Of a stretch of 64,000 nt of DNA, positions 19,473 to 31,031 are shown in pieces. The notes beneath the pieces were generated by a model. It worked only from the letters and a program-made list of their open reading frames with translations, was not told where the DNA came from and searched no databases. Source of the DNA: an uncultured Methylomirabilota bacterium (lineage in GTDB: Bacteria > Methylomirabilota > Methylomirabilia > Methylomirabilales > 2-02-FULL-66-22); contig CAWJSJ010000005.1 of NCBI GenBank assembly GCA_963845565.1, positions 64,001-128,000 of the forward strand. The letters run 5' to 3'. The translations under genes and the position numbers were made by a program. Position 1 is the stretch's first letter; each line of letters starts with the position of its first letter.

Positions 19473-19862
19473 ATGACTGAGGGACGGGACAGGCGTGCGG
19501 TGCCGCGCACGACGTTGGCCGAGCATCCCGCCGTGCACGTGCAGGGCATGCACGAGGTGCGCCTTCTCGACCTCAGCCTCATGGGCGCACAGATCGAGCA
19601 CCTCGACCTCTTCCACCTCAGCGCGTCCTGCGCCCTCGACTTCCCGCCCCCGTTCGGGGCGCTGACCCTTCCCGCCCAGGTGGTCTGGTGTGCAGTGATC
19701 GGGCGACAGCGCAAGCTCGGGGGCTCGGCGCATCTCGTGGCGCGGAGTGGCCTTCGGTTCACTCGGCTCACCGGGGCGCAGCACACGACCCTCGCCGACA
19801 CCCTGCGACACCTTGCGGCCACGCGGCACCCCGGCGTTGACAGCCAGCAGCGGTCGGCGTAG
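19473..19862 (+). CDS. PilZ domain protein (paralog 3)
   Basis: RRAVPR and DLSLMG motifs; GAGG RBS. Confidence 0.85.
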   Translation: MTEGRDRRAVPRTTLAEHPAVHVQGMHEVRLLDLSLMGAQIEHLDLFHLSASCALDFPPPFGALTLPAQVVWCAVIGRQRKLGGSAHLVARSGLRFTRLTGAQHTTLADTLRHLAATRHPGVDSQQRSA

Positions 19863-20227
19863 CGTCGTCCTACCCTTCTCCGCCTGATCCGGTGTTCCGG
19901 TTGGGGCGCTGACCACTCGTGGCCCATCGGCCACCGTCCCTGATATAAAGCGCACACCTTTCGTAATGAGGGACCCTTAACTTATTTAACTTATACGTAG
20001 AAATACACGGGAACCCGCCAGGGTGGGAAAGGATCTCTTCGCGATGTCTCCCGCGGTGGGGCCCTGCCTCACGCCCTCGGGATGCCCGCCGGCGGGCTCC
20101 GCGGGAACACCTCTCGCCGGATCACATGCGGGCGGCAGTGGAGCGGCTAGCAGTGGAAGTGGCACCCAGAGTGGCACCAAGGGATTTGGAGGAAATCCCG
20201 GCGATGGCGTAACTGCAGAAGAACAAA

Positions 20228-20303
20228 TGGTGACCCGGCTGGGAATCGAACCCAGAACACCCGGCTTAAAAGGCCGGTACTCTGCCAATTGAGCTACCGG
20301 GTC
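20228..20303 (-). tRNA. tRNA-Lys (anticodon UUU)
   Basis: 76-nt cloverleaf GACCCGG...CCGGGTC-ACCA, anticodon arm CCGGC-CTTTTAA-GCCGG, T-loop GGTTCGATTCC, encoded CCA. Confidence 0.97.
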
Positions 20304-20350
20304 ATATTCGAGGCGTTGCGGACGAACACTCGGCGGTCAACCGCGGACGC

Positions 20351-20356
20351 ATTATA
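20351..20356 (-). promoter_or_regulatory. -10 box of putative tRNA promoter
   Basis: Perfect TATAAT on minus strand followed by GC-rich discriminator GCGTCCGCGG; -35 not clear. Confidence 0.5.
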
Positions 20357-20370
20357 CCTTCTCGCCCAAG

Positions 20371-20490
20371 AATGACCAATGACAAACGACCAATGACGGA
20401 TCGCCAAAAAAACAAGGACCATTGACCAATCACTGAAGGTGTCGCGCGATGCCGGCACACGGTCATTCGTCAATCGTCAATCATCAGTGA
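20371..20490. repeat. inverted pair of tandem heptamer arrays (AATGACC-type)
   Basis: AATGACC AATGACA AACGACC AATGACG ... GGTCATT CGTCAAT CGTCAAT. Confidence 0.75.
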
Positions 20491-20494
20491 CGGC

Positions 20495-23138
<2,644 letters not shown>

Positions 23139-23179
23139 GACGGATCACATTCCAAAGACGAGTGCCAAAAGACCAAGGG

Positions 23180-23256
23180 CGCGAGCCGCGAGCCGCGAAC
23201 TATGAGCTACGAGCCGAGAGCCGCGAGCCGAGAGCCACGAACTGTGGGCCGCGAGC
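23180..23256. repeat. tandem heptamer array (GAGCCGC-type)
   Basis: gcgagccgcgagccgcgaactatgagctacgagccgagagccgcgagccgagagccacga. Confidence 0.8.
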
Positions 23257-23297
23257 AGAATAGCACATACCTGGCTGCCGAGCCAGCCGTCGAAGGG

Positions 23298-24908
23298 CTA
23301 CACGTGGACCAGCTTGGCGTACACGATATTCGGGATCCGTCGGATCTTGTCGAGCACCGGCCGGGGGATCGGGTCGTCCACGTTGACGACCGACACGGCG
23401 CGGCCGCCCCGCTGTTGCCGTCCGAGCTGCATTCCGGCGATGTTCACGTTGTTCTGGCCCAAGAGCGTGCCGATTCTGCCTATGACCCCAGGGACGTCCA
23501 TGTTGGAATAAATCAACAAGAGACCGTCCAGGACCGCCTCCACCCGGAAGCCGTCCAGTTCCACCAGCCGGGGATCCTGCTGGCTGTACAGGGTTCCCGC
23601 CACGTCAGTCCGCTTCTGGTCGGTGACGAGCGTCACCGAGACCAGGCTGGCGAAATCCGTCAGTTCGGTGGACTTGCTCTCCACCACCCGCACGCCCCGC
23701 ACCTTGGTGATGGCCAGGGCGTTGATCGTGTTGACGGCGTCGTGCATCGGCTCCAGCACGCCCTTCACGGTGGCCGCCGTCAGCGGCGAGCAGTCCAGGG
23801 CGGCGATATCGCCGCGGAACGCCAAGCGAATCTCGGCCAGTCGTCCCTCGGAAAGCTGCGTGGCCAACCGCCCCAGTTTCTCGCCCAGAGCCAGGTAGGG
23901 CTGTAGCTTCCGCAGAACCTCCAGGGGGACCGACGGCGCGTTGACCGCGTTCCGGATGATGCCCTTCTGCAGGAAGTCGATCACCTGCTGGGCGATCTCC
24001 ACAGCCACCGCTTCCTGTGCCTCCTCGCTGGCAGCGCCCAGGTGCGGCGTCGAAATGAAGGTGGGCAGCGCGAAGAGCGGGCTGTCCGTGGTCGGCTCCG
24101 TGGCAAAGACGTCCAGCGCGGCGCCCGCCACCTTGCCGCTCGCGAGGGCATCGTGGAGGTCTGCCTCGTTCACGATGCCCCCCCGGGCGCAGTTCACGAT
24201 CCGGACACCGTCTTTCATCTGGGCGATGGCGGGGGCGGAGATGAGGTCCTTGGTTTCTTTCGTCCCGGGGACGTGGATGGTGATGAAGTCCGCCTGCCGA
24301 TACAGGTCCGGGAGATCCACCAGTTCCACACCCATGGCCTCGGCCCGCTCGGCGCTGACGTAGGGGTCATGGACCAGGATCCGCAGGTTGAAGGCCTTGG
24401 CCCGCTTGGCGACCTCGCTGCCGATCCGCCCCAGGCCGATGATGCCCAACGCTTTGCCGGAGAGTTCGGTGCTGAGGAACCGCCCCTTCTCCCACTTGCC
24501 CGCCCTCATGGAGGCCGCTGCCTGCGGGATATTCTTGACGAGGCTGAGGAGCATGGAGAGGGTATGCTCGGCGGCGCTGATGGCGTTGCCCCCCGGGGTG
24601 TTCATCACAACCACACCCCGCGCGGTGGCTGCCTCCAAGTCCACGTTGTCCACGCCGACCCCGGCGCGACCGACGACTTTCAGTTGCGGCGCGCCGGCGA
24701 GCAGATCCGCCGTGACCCGGCTGGCGCTCCGGACGATCAGGGCGTCGGCGGTTCGACATGCCTCCCGCAGAGCGGCCGCGTCCAGGTCGTCCTGGACCAG
24801 GACGTCGAAGCCGGGCGTCTCCCGCAGCAGGTCCACACCCCGTTGGGCCAAATGGTCGGTGACCAGGACCCGTGCACGCGGGCCTGGCAGTTCGTATTGG
24901 CCGGTCAT
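23298..24908 (-). CDS. serA: D-3-phosphoglycerate dehydrogenase
   Basis: RAGVGVDNVD, GLGRIG, NCARGG, TPHLGAS, C-terminal ACT domain. Confidence 0.96.
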   Translation of the reverse strand: MTGQYELPGPRARVLVTDHLAQRGVDLLRETPGFDVLVQDDLDAAALREACRTADALIVRSASRVTADLLAGAPQLKVVGRAGVGVDNVDLEAATARGVVVMNTPGGNAISAAEHTLSMLLSLVKNIPQAAASMRAGKWEKGRFLSTELSGKALGIIGLGRIGSEVAKRAKAFNLRILVHDPYVSAERAEAMGVELVDLPDLYRQADFITIHVPGTKETKDLISAPAIAQMKDGVRIVNCARGGIVNEADLHDALASGKVAGAALDVFATEPTTDSPLFALPTFISTPHLGAASEEAQEAVAVEIAQQVIDFLQKGIIRNAVNAPSVPLEVLRKLQPYLALGEKLGRLATQLSEGRLAEIRLAFRGDIAALDCSPLTAATVKGVLEPMHDAVNTINALAITKVRGVRVVESKSTELTDFASLVSVTLVTDQKRTDVAGTLYSQQDPRLVELDGFRVEAVLDGLLLIYSNMDVPGVIGRIGTLLGQNNVNIAGMQLGRQQRGGRAVSVVNVDDPIPRPVLDKIRRIPNIVYAKLVHV

Positions 24909-24959
24909 GTGTCCCCTCGCGTTCCCCTGCGCGGGCGTAGCGCCCGTGCTCTCCGTTTA

Positions 24960-25004
24960 GGAGCCGTTACGAAATACCTCGTCCACTTATTCTTCGACAA
25001 CGGC
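24960..25004. mobile_element. MITE-like repeat family A, internally deleted copy
   Basis: GGAGCCGTTACGAAATA...TATTCTTCGACAACGGC flanked by TTA on both sides. Confidence 0.7.
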
Positions 25005-26132
25005 TTACGCCCGGAGGATTTCTTCGGCGGCGCGGATCCCTGCGCCGAGTGTCACCGGATGACCGAGATCGGCCAGGACCATTTCCAGGCCTCCCAGAGC
25101 GGTCAGGACATCGAAGGCGTCGACATAGCCCATGTGGGAGATCCGAAACATCGCGCCCTTCATGCTGCCCTGGCCGCCGGCGATGGTGATGCCCCGCTTG
25201 GCCATTCCCTTCACGACGGCGCCGCCGTCGGTCCTGCCGGGGGCCTTGACCGCGGTGCAGGCTGCCCCGGGCTGCGCTGCGAACAGCGTCAGCCCCAGGG
25301 CCTGGACGCCTGCCCGAGTGGCGCGGGCCAGGCGGTCGTGCCGGGCGAAGACGTTCGGAAGCCCTTCCGCCAAAATGAGGCGCAGCGACTCGCGAAGCCC
25401 CACGACGAGCGAGACGGCCGGCGTGTAGGCGCTCTGGTTCTCGGCGATCGCCTTGCGTTCTCTGGCGAAGTTGAAATAGAACTTGGGCAGACGGGCCTCC
25501 GGCACCCGAGCCCAGGCCTTGTCGGACAGGGCGGCAAAGGCCAAGCCCGGCGGCAGCATCAGGGCTTTCTGGGAACCGGACACCACGACGTCCACCCCCC
25601 AGGCGTCCATGGGCAGATCCATCACGCCCAGACTGGTGATGGCGTCCACCACCAGGAGTGCGCCCGTCTCGCGGACGATGCCGGCGAGGGCTTGGACGTC
25701 GTGGACCGCCCCGGTGGATGTCTCGCTCTGGGTGGCAAAGACGGCTTTGCTGTCAGGCGCTTCCCGGAGGGCGGCGGCGACGGCCGCCGGCATGACGCTC
25801 TTGCCGTAGGGGACATCGACGGGCACCACGCGCAGGCCGTACGCCTGGCAGATCTCCGCCCACCGCTCCCCGAACTTCCCGCCCTGGACGACGATCACCT
25901 GGTCGCCGGGGGAGAGGGTGTTCACCACCGCCCCTTCCATGGCGCCCGTCCCCGAGGCCGCGAACATCAGGACCTCGTTCTTGCACTGAAAGAGCAGCCG
26001 AAGGTCCCGGCGCACGTCCGCGAAGAGCGCCTCATACGCCGGCGTCCGGTGATGGATCATGGGCTGCGCCATGGCCAGCAAGACGACGGGCGGAACGGGC
26101 GTGGGGCCCGGGGCGAGCAAATACTGTTTCAT
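25005..26132 (-). CDS. class V PLP aminotransferase (serine-pyruvate/alanine-glyoxylate type)
   Basis: PGPTPVP, SGTGAME, ETSTG, VDAITSLG, SGSQKALMLPPG. Confidence 0.92.
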   Translation of the reverse strand: MKQYLLAPGPTPVPPVVLLAMAQPMIHHRTPAYEALFADVRRDLRLLFQCKNEVLMFAASGTGAMEGAVVNTLSPGDQVIVVQGGKFGERWAEICQAYGLRVVPVDVPYGKSVMPAAVAAALREAPDSKAVFATQSETSTGAVHDVQALAGIVRETGALLVVDAITSLGVMDLPMDAWGVDVVVSGSQKALMLPPGLAFAALSDKAWARVPEARLPKFYFNFARERKAIAENQSAYTPAVSLVVGLRESLRLILAEGLPNVFARHDRLARATRAGVQALGLTLFAAQPGAACTAVKAPGRTDGGAVVKGMAKRGITIAGGQGSMKGAMFRISHMGYVDAFDVLTALGGLEMVLADLGHPVTLGAGIRAAEEILRA

Positions 26133-26195
26133 GAGCGAACCCCCTTCCTCTGGCGTGGGCGTGCGGGGAAGGCCCGGATCGCGGGGCAGGCCAGA

Positions 26196-26228
26196 CGAAA
26201 AAACCCGGCCGCAATATGGCGCCGGGAT
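26196..26228 (-). terminator. terminator-like hairpin in leader of the aminotransferase-serA operon
   Basis: Minus strand ATCCCGGCGC-CATATT-GCGGCCGGG-TTTTTT. Confidence 0.55.
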
Positions 26229-26260
26229 GGGAATCGGCTGAAGACGGTCAACCGCTGCGG

Positions 26261-26289
26261 ACTATAGCCAGCGTGCCTGGGCGTGTCAA
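26261..26289 (-). promoter_or_regulatory. sigma70 promoter of the aminotransferase-serA operon
   Basis: TTGACA-17 nt-TATAGT on minus strand. Confidence 0.75.
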
Positions 26290-26394
26290 GGCGAATCCCC
26301 GACCATCGGCCATGCGACCATCGCGGGGCCGGCGTGCGGGCTTGTGGTCGGATGGGGACCTGTGTTAGGGTCCGCCGGATTGACGGAGAAGCGA

Positions 26395-26525
26395 TCAGGC
26401 AACTCGGCAACCAGGCAATTTGACAATCAGGCGAACAGGCAATTCGGCGACCCCGGGGTTTGGGTCGACCCCTAGTTGCGCAATCGCCAAATTGCCCACT
26501 CGCCCACTCGCCCAGTTGCCAGTTC
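26395..26525. repeat. inverted pair of tandem octamer arrays (CAGGCAAT-type)
   Basis: caggcaac tcggcaac caggcaat ttgacaat ... aattgccc actcgccc actcgccc agttgcca. Confidence 0.75.
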
Positions 26526-26546
26526 TTGTCGGAATAGGAGTCGGCA

Positions 26547-27428
26547 GTGGTCGAGCCGAATCGCTGGCGTGGCGTGGTGATGATCGTGGGGGCGGCCACC
26601 TGCTGGGGAGCGATGGCGGCGGTGATCAAGCTCCTCTTCCGCGACCGGGGGGTCGACCCGTTGCTCCTGGTCGTGATCCGGGCCTACCTGGCCACACTCA
26701 TCCTCTTCGCCGGATTAGCGATCATCGCACCCACCCGGCTGCGGATCAGCAGGGGAGGGCTTCGCGCTGCCGCACTGGTCGGCATCGGCGGCTTGCTCAC
26801 CAACAACTATCTCTACTTCCAGGCCATCCATCTGACCAGTGTGGCGATGGCGCTGCTCTTGCAGTATCAGGCACCCGTCCTGGTGGCGATCTATGGTGCG
26901 CTGGTGAGTCGGAAGCGCATCTCGCTTCGGCTGGGCCTGTCCCTGCTCCTGACCGTCCTCGGGTGCGCGTTGGTGGTGCGGATCTATGACCCGGCGGCGA
27001 TTCGCCTGAACCTGGTGGGTGTCCTGGCTGGTCTGGGGACGGCGTTCAGCTTTGCCTTCTACATTCTGGCCAGTCGTGCGGCACTCAAGACCACGGGGTC
27101 GTGGACGCTGGTGGCGTACGGGTACCTGGCGGCCAGCCTGGCCTGGCTGCCGGTCGTCCCACCATGGCGGATCCTGGAGGTGGGTTTTCCTCTGGAGACC
27201 TGGGGCGGGTTCCTGGCGGTCGCGACCGTCGGGACGGTCATCCCCTTCGGTCTCTTCATCGGCGGGTTAGCCTATCTCCCGCCGGCGCCCGCCAGCATCC
27301 TGGCGATGCTGGAACCCGTGGTGGCAGCCGTCGCGGCGTACCTCATTCTGGGGGAGACCCTGCTGCCCCTCCAGATCCTCGGGGGGCTTCTGGTCCTGGC
27401 CGGGGTCGCGGTGGTGGAGCGATCCTGA
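26547..27428 (+). CDS. EamA/DMT family transporter
   Basis: About 10 TM segments, two EamA repeats, LEPVVA...LGE. Confidence 0.9.
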   Translation: MVEPNRWRGVVMIVGAATCWGAMAAVIKLLFRDRGVDPLLLVVIRAYLATLILFAGLAIIAPTRLRISRGGLRAAALVGIGGLLTNNYLYFQAIHLTSVAMALLLQYQAPVLVAIYGALVSRKRISLRLGLSLLLTVLGCALVVRIYDPAAIRLNLVGVLAGLGTAFSFAFYILASRAALKTTGSWTLVAYGYLAASLAWLPVVPPWRILEVGFPLETWGGFLAVATVGTVIPFGLFIGGLAYLPPAPASILAMLEPVVAAVAAYLILGETLLPLQILGGLLVLAGVAVVERS

Positions 27429-27536
27429 CCCGGTCCCGGCCGAGCCGTGGAGCGGTACACCTTGAGGCCCGGCGCCTCATGCCGAGCCGAGGCCGGGCTG
27501 TCCCGCGGGGCCCAGGCGGTGGGTGGTGGGCGCGTG

Positions 27537-27565
27537 TTGACAGGAGGCGGGTTCCCTGGTAGCTT
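27537..27565 (+). promoter_or_regulatory. sigma70 promoter upstream of ileS
   Basis: TTGACA-17 nt-TAGCTT. Confidence 0.6.
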
Positions 27566-27600
27566 CGCTACGCTCTCCCGATTTCCGAGATGGGTCTGAC

Positions 27601-27625
27601 GACGCCCCGACCGGGGCGTTTTTTT
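27601..27625 (+). terminator. intrinsic terminator-like hairpin upstream of ileS
   Basis: GACGCCCCG-AC-CGGGGCGTT followed by a T run. Confidence 0.7.
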
Positions 27626-27678
27626 GGTAGTGCCCGGCCCGTGCGGGGCCACGGGCCCTGTCGAGGGTAGAACGCGCC

Positions 27679-30459
27679 ATGGATTACAAGACCACCCTGA
27701 ACTTGCCCAAGACCGATTTTCCCATGAAGGCCAACCTCACCGAGCGGGAGCCGCAGCTCCTGCGCGAGTGGGAGGATATGGCGCTGTACGAGACGTTGCG
27801 GGAGATCCGGAAGGGCCGTCCACGCTGGGTCTTGCACGACGGACCCCCGTATGCCAACGGCCACATCCACATGGGGCACGCGCTGAACAAGATCCTGAAG
27901 GACATGATCGTCAAGTCCCGATCCATGTTCGGCTATGACGCGCCCTACGTGCCGGGCTGGGACTGCCACGGGCTGCCCATCGAGCACCAGGTGGACCGGG
28001 AGCTGGGGTCCAAGGCGCGCGAGGTGCCCATCCCCGAGAAGCGAAAGCTGTGCCGCGCCTACGCCCAGAAGTTCATCGACATCCAGCGGGAGGAGTTCAA
28101 GCGGCTGGGCGGCCTGGGGAGCTGGGGCGACCCGTATCGGACGATGGCGTTCCGGTACGAGGCGGATATCCTGCGCGAACTGGGGAAGTTCGTCGGCACG
28201 GGTGGGGTGTACCGCGGCCTGAAGCCGGTCCACTGGTGCACCTCGTGTCTCACGGCGCTGGCCGAGGCCGAGGTGGAGTACGAGGACGACCGCTCCCCCT
28301 CGGTCTACGTGGCGTTTCCGCTGACGTCGGACCCGACCGGACTGGATCCGGCGCTGGCCGGCCGCCCGGTGTCGGTGGCGATCTGGACCACCACGCCCTG
28401 GACGCTCCCGGCCAATCTGGCCATCGTGGTGCATCCCGAGGAGGAGTATGTCGTCGTCCGGACGGGCGATCGGTACCTCCTGCTGGCCGCCAAGCTCCTG
28501 GACGAGACCGTCAGGAAGTGTCGGCTGGTCTCGCCGGAGGTCGTCTGCCGGGTGCCGGGTGCGCGCCTGGAGGGCCTCCAGGCGAAGCACCCCTGGATCG
28601 ACCGACCGTCGCCGATCTTCGCCGCCGGGTACGTCACCATGGACCAGGGGACCGGCTGCGTCCATACGGCGCCGGGCCACGGTGCGGATGACTACGAGAC
28701 CGGGGTGAAACACGGCCTCCCGGTCTACAACCCGGTGGACGATCACGGCCGATTCATCCCCGAGGTCGAGCACTTCGCCGGCATGGCCGTCTGGGAGGCA
28801 AATGCGGCGATCATCGCCAAGCTCAAGGCGGACGGGACGCTGCTCCACGCCGAGGAGTTCCAGCACTCGTATCCGCACTGCTGGCGCTGCAAGAAGCCCG
28901 TGCTGTTCCGGGCGACCAACCAGTGGTTCATCTCCATGGAGAAGAACGGCTTCCGGGAGCGCGCACTGGCGGCCATCCGGCAGGTGCAGTGGATTCCGAC
29001 CTGGGGCGAGGAACGGATCTACGGCATGATCGCCAACCGCCCCGACTGGTGCATCTCGCGCCAGCGGGCGTGGGGCGTTCCCATCGCCGTCTTCTATTGC
29101 GGGAAGTGCAACGCGCTGCTCGCCGAGCAGCGGCTGGTGGAGCACGTGGCGTCCCTGATGGACCGGGAAGGCGCCGACGTGTGGTTCGCGCGGCCGGCGA
29201 AGGAACTTGTCCCGCCGGGCACGCGGTGCGCGAAATGCGGCCACGACGACTTCAAGAAGGAAACCGACATCCTCGACGTCTGGTTCGATTCGGGCGTGAG
29301 CCAAGCGGCGGTGTTGCGCGTGCGGCCGGACCAGCACTGGCCGGCCGACCTGTATCTGGAAGGGAGCGACCAGCATCGCGGCTGGTTTCATTCCTCGCTC
29401 CTCGCCGCCGTCGGGGTGCAAGGCGGCCCGCCGTACAAGGCGGTGCTCACGCACGGCTTCGTGGTCGACGGCGACGGGCGGAAGATGTCCAAGTCCCAGG
29501 GGAACGTCATCGCTCCGCAACAGGTCATCGCCAAGCACGGGGCCGAGGTGCTGCGGCTCTGGGTGGCGGCGATGGACTACCGGGACGACATCCGCCTGTC
29601 CGAGGAGATTCTGACCCGGCTGGTGGAAGGCTACCGGCGGATCCGCAATACCTGCCGGTACCTGTTGGGGAACCTCGCCGATTTTGACCCGGCCAGGGAC
29701 GCGGTGCCGGCGGCCGACCTCCTGCCCATCGACCGGTTCATCCTCCACCGGCTGCAGCGGCTGGTCGAGCGGGTGCGCAAGGCCTATGAGGACTACGAGT
29801 TTCACATCCTCTACCACGGTCTGCACAATTTCTGCGCCGTGGACCTGTCCGCCTTCTATCTGGATGTCCTGAAGGACCGGCTCTACACCTCGGCGCCGAA
29901 ATCGCTGGTGCGCCGCTCGGCGCAGACGGCCCTGCACGAGATTCTGGTGAGCCTGGTGAAGCTGATGGCCCCGGTCCTCTCCTTCACGGCGGACGAGGTC
30001 TGGCGGCACATCCCGATCCCGGACCGACCGGCGAGCGTGCACCTGACCGAGTTTCCGGCCGGTCGCCCGGAGCTGGTGGACGAGCCGCTGGCCGCGGATT
30101 GGGAGCGCCTCCTCCAGGTCCGCGACGCGGTCCTGCGCGGTCTGGAGACGGCGCGGCAGGAGAAGCGCATCGGCAGCGCACAGGAGGCCGCCGTGGCACT
30201 CTCCGTCGCCGATGCGGACTTCGAGTTCCTGGCGGCACGGCGCGAAGAGTTGGAGACGATCTGCATCGTCTCCCGCTTGACGGTTGAGCGGGGTGCGGGG
30301 TCCGCCGCGGATTCCGCCATTGCGGTCCGGGTGGAACGGGCGCCGGGCGCGAAGTGCCCGCGGTGCTGGAATTACCGGGAGACGGTGGGGACCTCGGCGG
30401 CACATCCCAGTCTGTGCGGGCGGTGTGCCGGGGCCCTGGACGACCGGCCTATGGACTGA
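27679..30459 (+). CDS. ileS: isoleucine--tRNA ligase
   Basis: [39 protein letters not shown]-terminal zinc finger. Confidence 0.98.
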   Translation: MDYKTTLNLPKTDFPMKANLTEREPQLLREWEDMALYETLREIRKGRPRWVLHDGPPYANGHIHMGHALNKILKDMIVKSRSMFGYDAPYVPGWDCHGLPIEHQVDRELGSKAREVPIPEKRKLCRAYAQKFIDIQREEFKRLGGLGSWGDPYRTMAFRYEADILRELGKFVGTGGVYRGLKPVHWCTSCLTALAEAEVEYEDDRSPSVYVAFPLTSDPTGLDPALAGRPVSVAIWTTTPWTLPANLAIVVHPEEEYVVVRTGDRYLLLAAKLLDETVRKCRLVSPEVVCRVPGARLEGLQAKHPWIDRPSPIFAAGYVTMDQGTGCVHTAPGHGADDYETGVKHGLPVYNPVDDHGRFIPEVEHFAGMAVWEANAAIIAKLKADGTLLHAEEFQHSYPHCWRCKKPVLFRATNQWFISMEKNGFRERALAAIRQVQWIPTWGEERIYGMIANRPDWCISRQRAWGVPIAVFYCGKCNALLAEQRLVEHVASLMDREGADVWFARPAKELVPPGTRCAKCGHDDFKKETDILDVWFDSGVSQAAVLRVRPDQHWPADLYLEGSDQHRGWFHSSLLAAVGVQGGPPYKAVLTHGFVVDGDGRKMSKSQGNVIAPQQVIAKHGAEVLRLWVAAMDYRDDIRLSEEILTRLVEGYRRIRNTCRYLLGNLADFDPARDAVPAADLLPIDRFILHRLQRLVERVRKAYEDYEFHILYHGLHNFCAVDLSAFYLDVLKDRLYTSAPKSLVRRSAQTALHEILVSLVKLMAPVLSFTADEVWRHIPIPDRPASVHLTEFPAGRPELVDEPLAADWERLLQVRDAVLRGLETARQEKRIGSAQEAAVALSVADADFEFLAARREELETICIVSRLTVERGAGSAADSAIAVRVERAPGAKCPRCWNYRETVGTSAAHPSLCGRCAGALDDRPMD

Positions 30460-30460
30460 C

Positions 30461-30940
30461 ATGAGCTTCTATCTCATCGCGCTGGCGATCGTCCTGACGG
30501 ACCAAATCACCAAAGAGATCGTCATCCGATCCATGCGGCTGGGGCAAAGCATTCCCATTGTCCCCGGATACTTCGATTTGACCTTCGTCCTGAACCCGGG
30601 GGCCGCCTTCAGCCTCTTCGCCACGCTGCCCGAGGGCATCCGAAATCCCTTCTTCATCGGCATCTCGGTGACGGCGGCCATCCTGATCATTTTCTATCGT
30701 GCTCGGTATCTCCGGCAACACCGTCTGGCCTCCGCCAGCCTCGGGCTGATCCTCGGCGGCGCCGTCGGCAACCTGATCGACCGGGTGCGGTTCGGCGTCG
30801 TGGTGGATTTCTTGGACGCGCACCTGCACCAGTACCACTGGCCAGTCTTCAACGTGGCGGATTCGGCCATCTCGGTCGGTGTCACGTTGATGCTGCTCGA
30901 CATGGTCCTGGAGTGGCGGAGGGAGAAGGGAAGCCATTAG
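30461..30940 (+). CDS. lspA: lipoprotein signal peptidase II
   Basis: DQITK, NPGAAFS, GNLIDR, VVDF, FNVADSAI; follows ileS. Confidence 0.96.
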   Translation: MSFYLIALAIVLTDQITKEIVIRSMRLGQSIPIVPGYFDLTFVLNPGAAFSLFATLPEGIRNPFFIGISVTAAILIIFYRARYLRQHRLASASLGLILGGAVGNLIDRVRFGVVVDFLDAHLHQYHWPVFNVADSAISVGVTLMLLDMVLEWRREKGSH

Positions 30941-31020
30941 CTTTCAGCAGTCAGCATTCAGCTTGGGAGGCCCGTCACGGTTGGTTCCCGGGTGCAGGGC
31001 TGACGCCTGACGACTGACGG
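30941..31020. repeat. inverted pair of tandem heptamer arrays (TCAG/CTGA-type)
   Basis: ctttcag cagtcag cattcag ... ctgacgc ctgacga ctgacgg. Confidence 0.65.
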
Positions 31021-31031
31021 CGTGAAGACCA

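Noticed and set aside
11300..20200. Intact prophage or ICE next to tRNA-Lys
   Set aside because: No integrase, structural, replication or conjugation genes, and no att core duplication found.
19986..20288. 100-aa ORF overlapping tRNA-Lys
   Set aside because: Spurious translation of the tRNA and its flank.
23180..23256. Tandem arrays as a possible CRISPR array
   Set aside because: Units are 7-9 nt without unique spacers, and there are no cas genes in the window.
27570..27678. T-box riboswitch upstream of ileS
   Set aside because: Leader too short and no T-box consensus (GGTGGNACCGCG) visible.
27568..30462. 964-aa ORF antisense to ileS (also 59304-62819, 24042-26267, 21747-23906, 40236-42572)
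   Set aside because: Shadow ORFs opposite well-supported genes; expected in high-GC DNA and lacking domain motifs.
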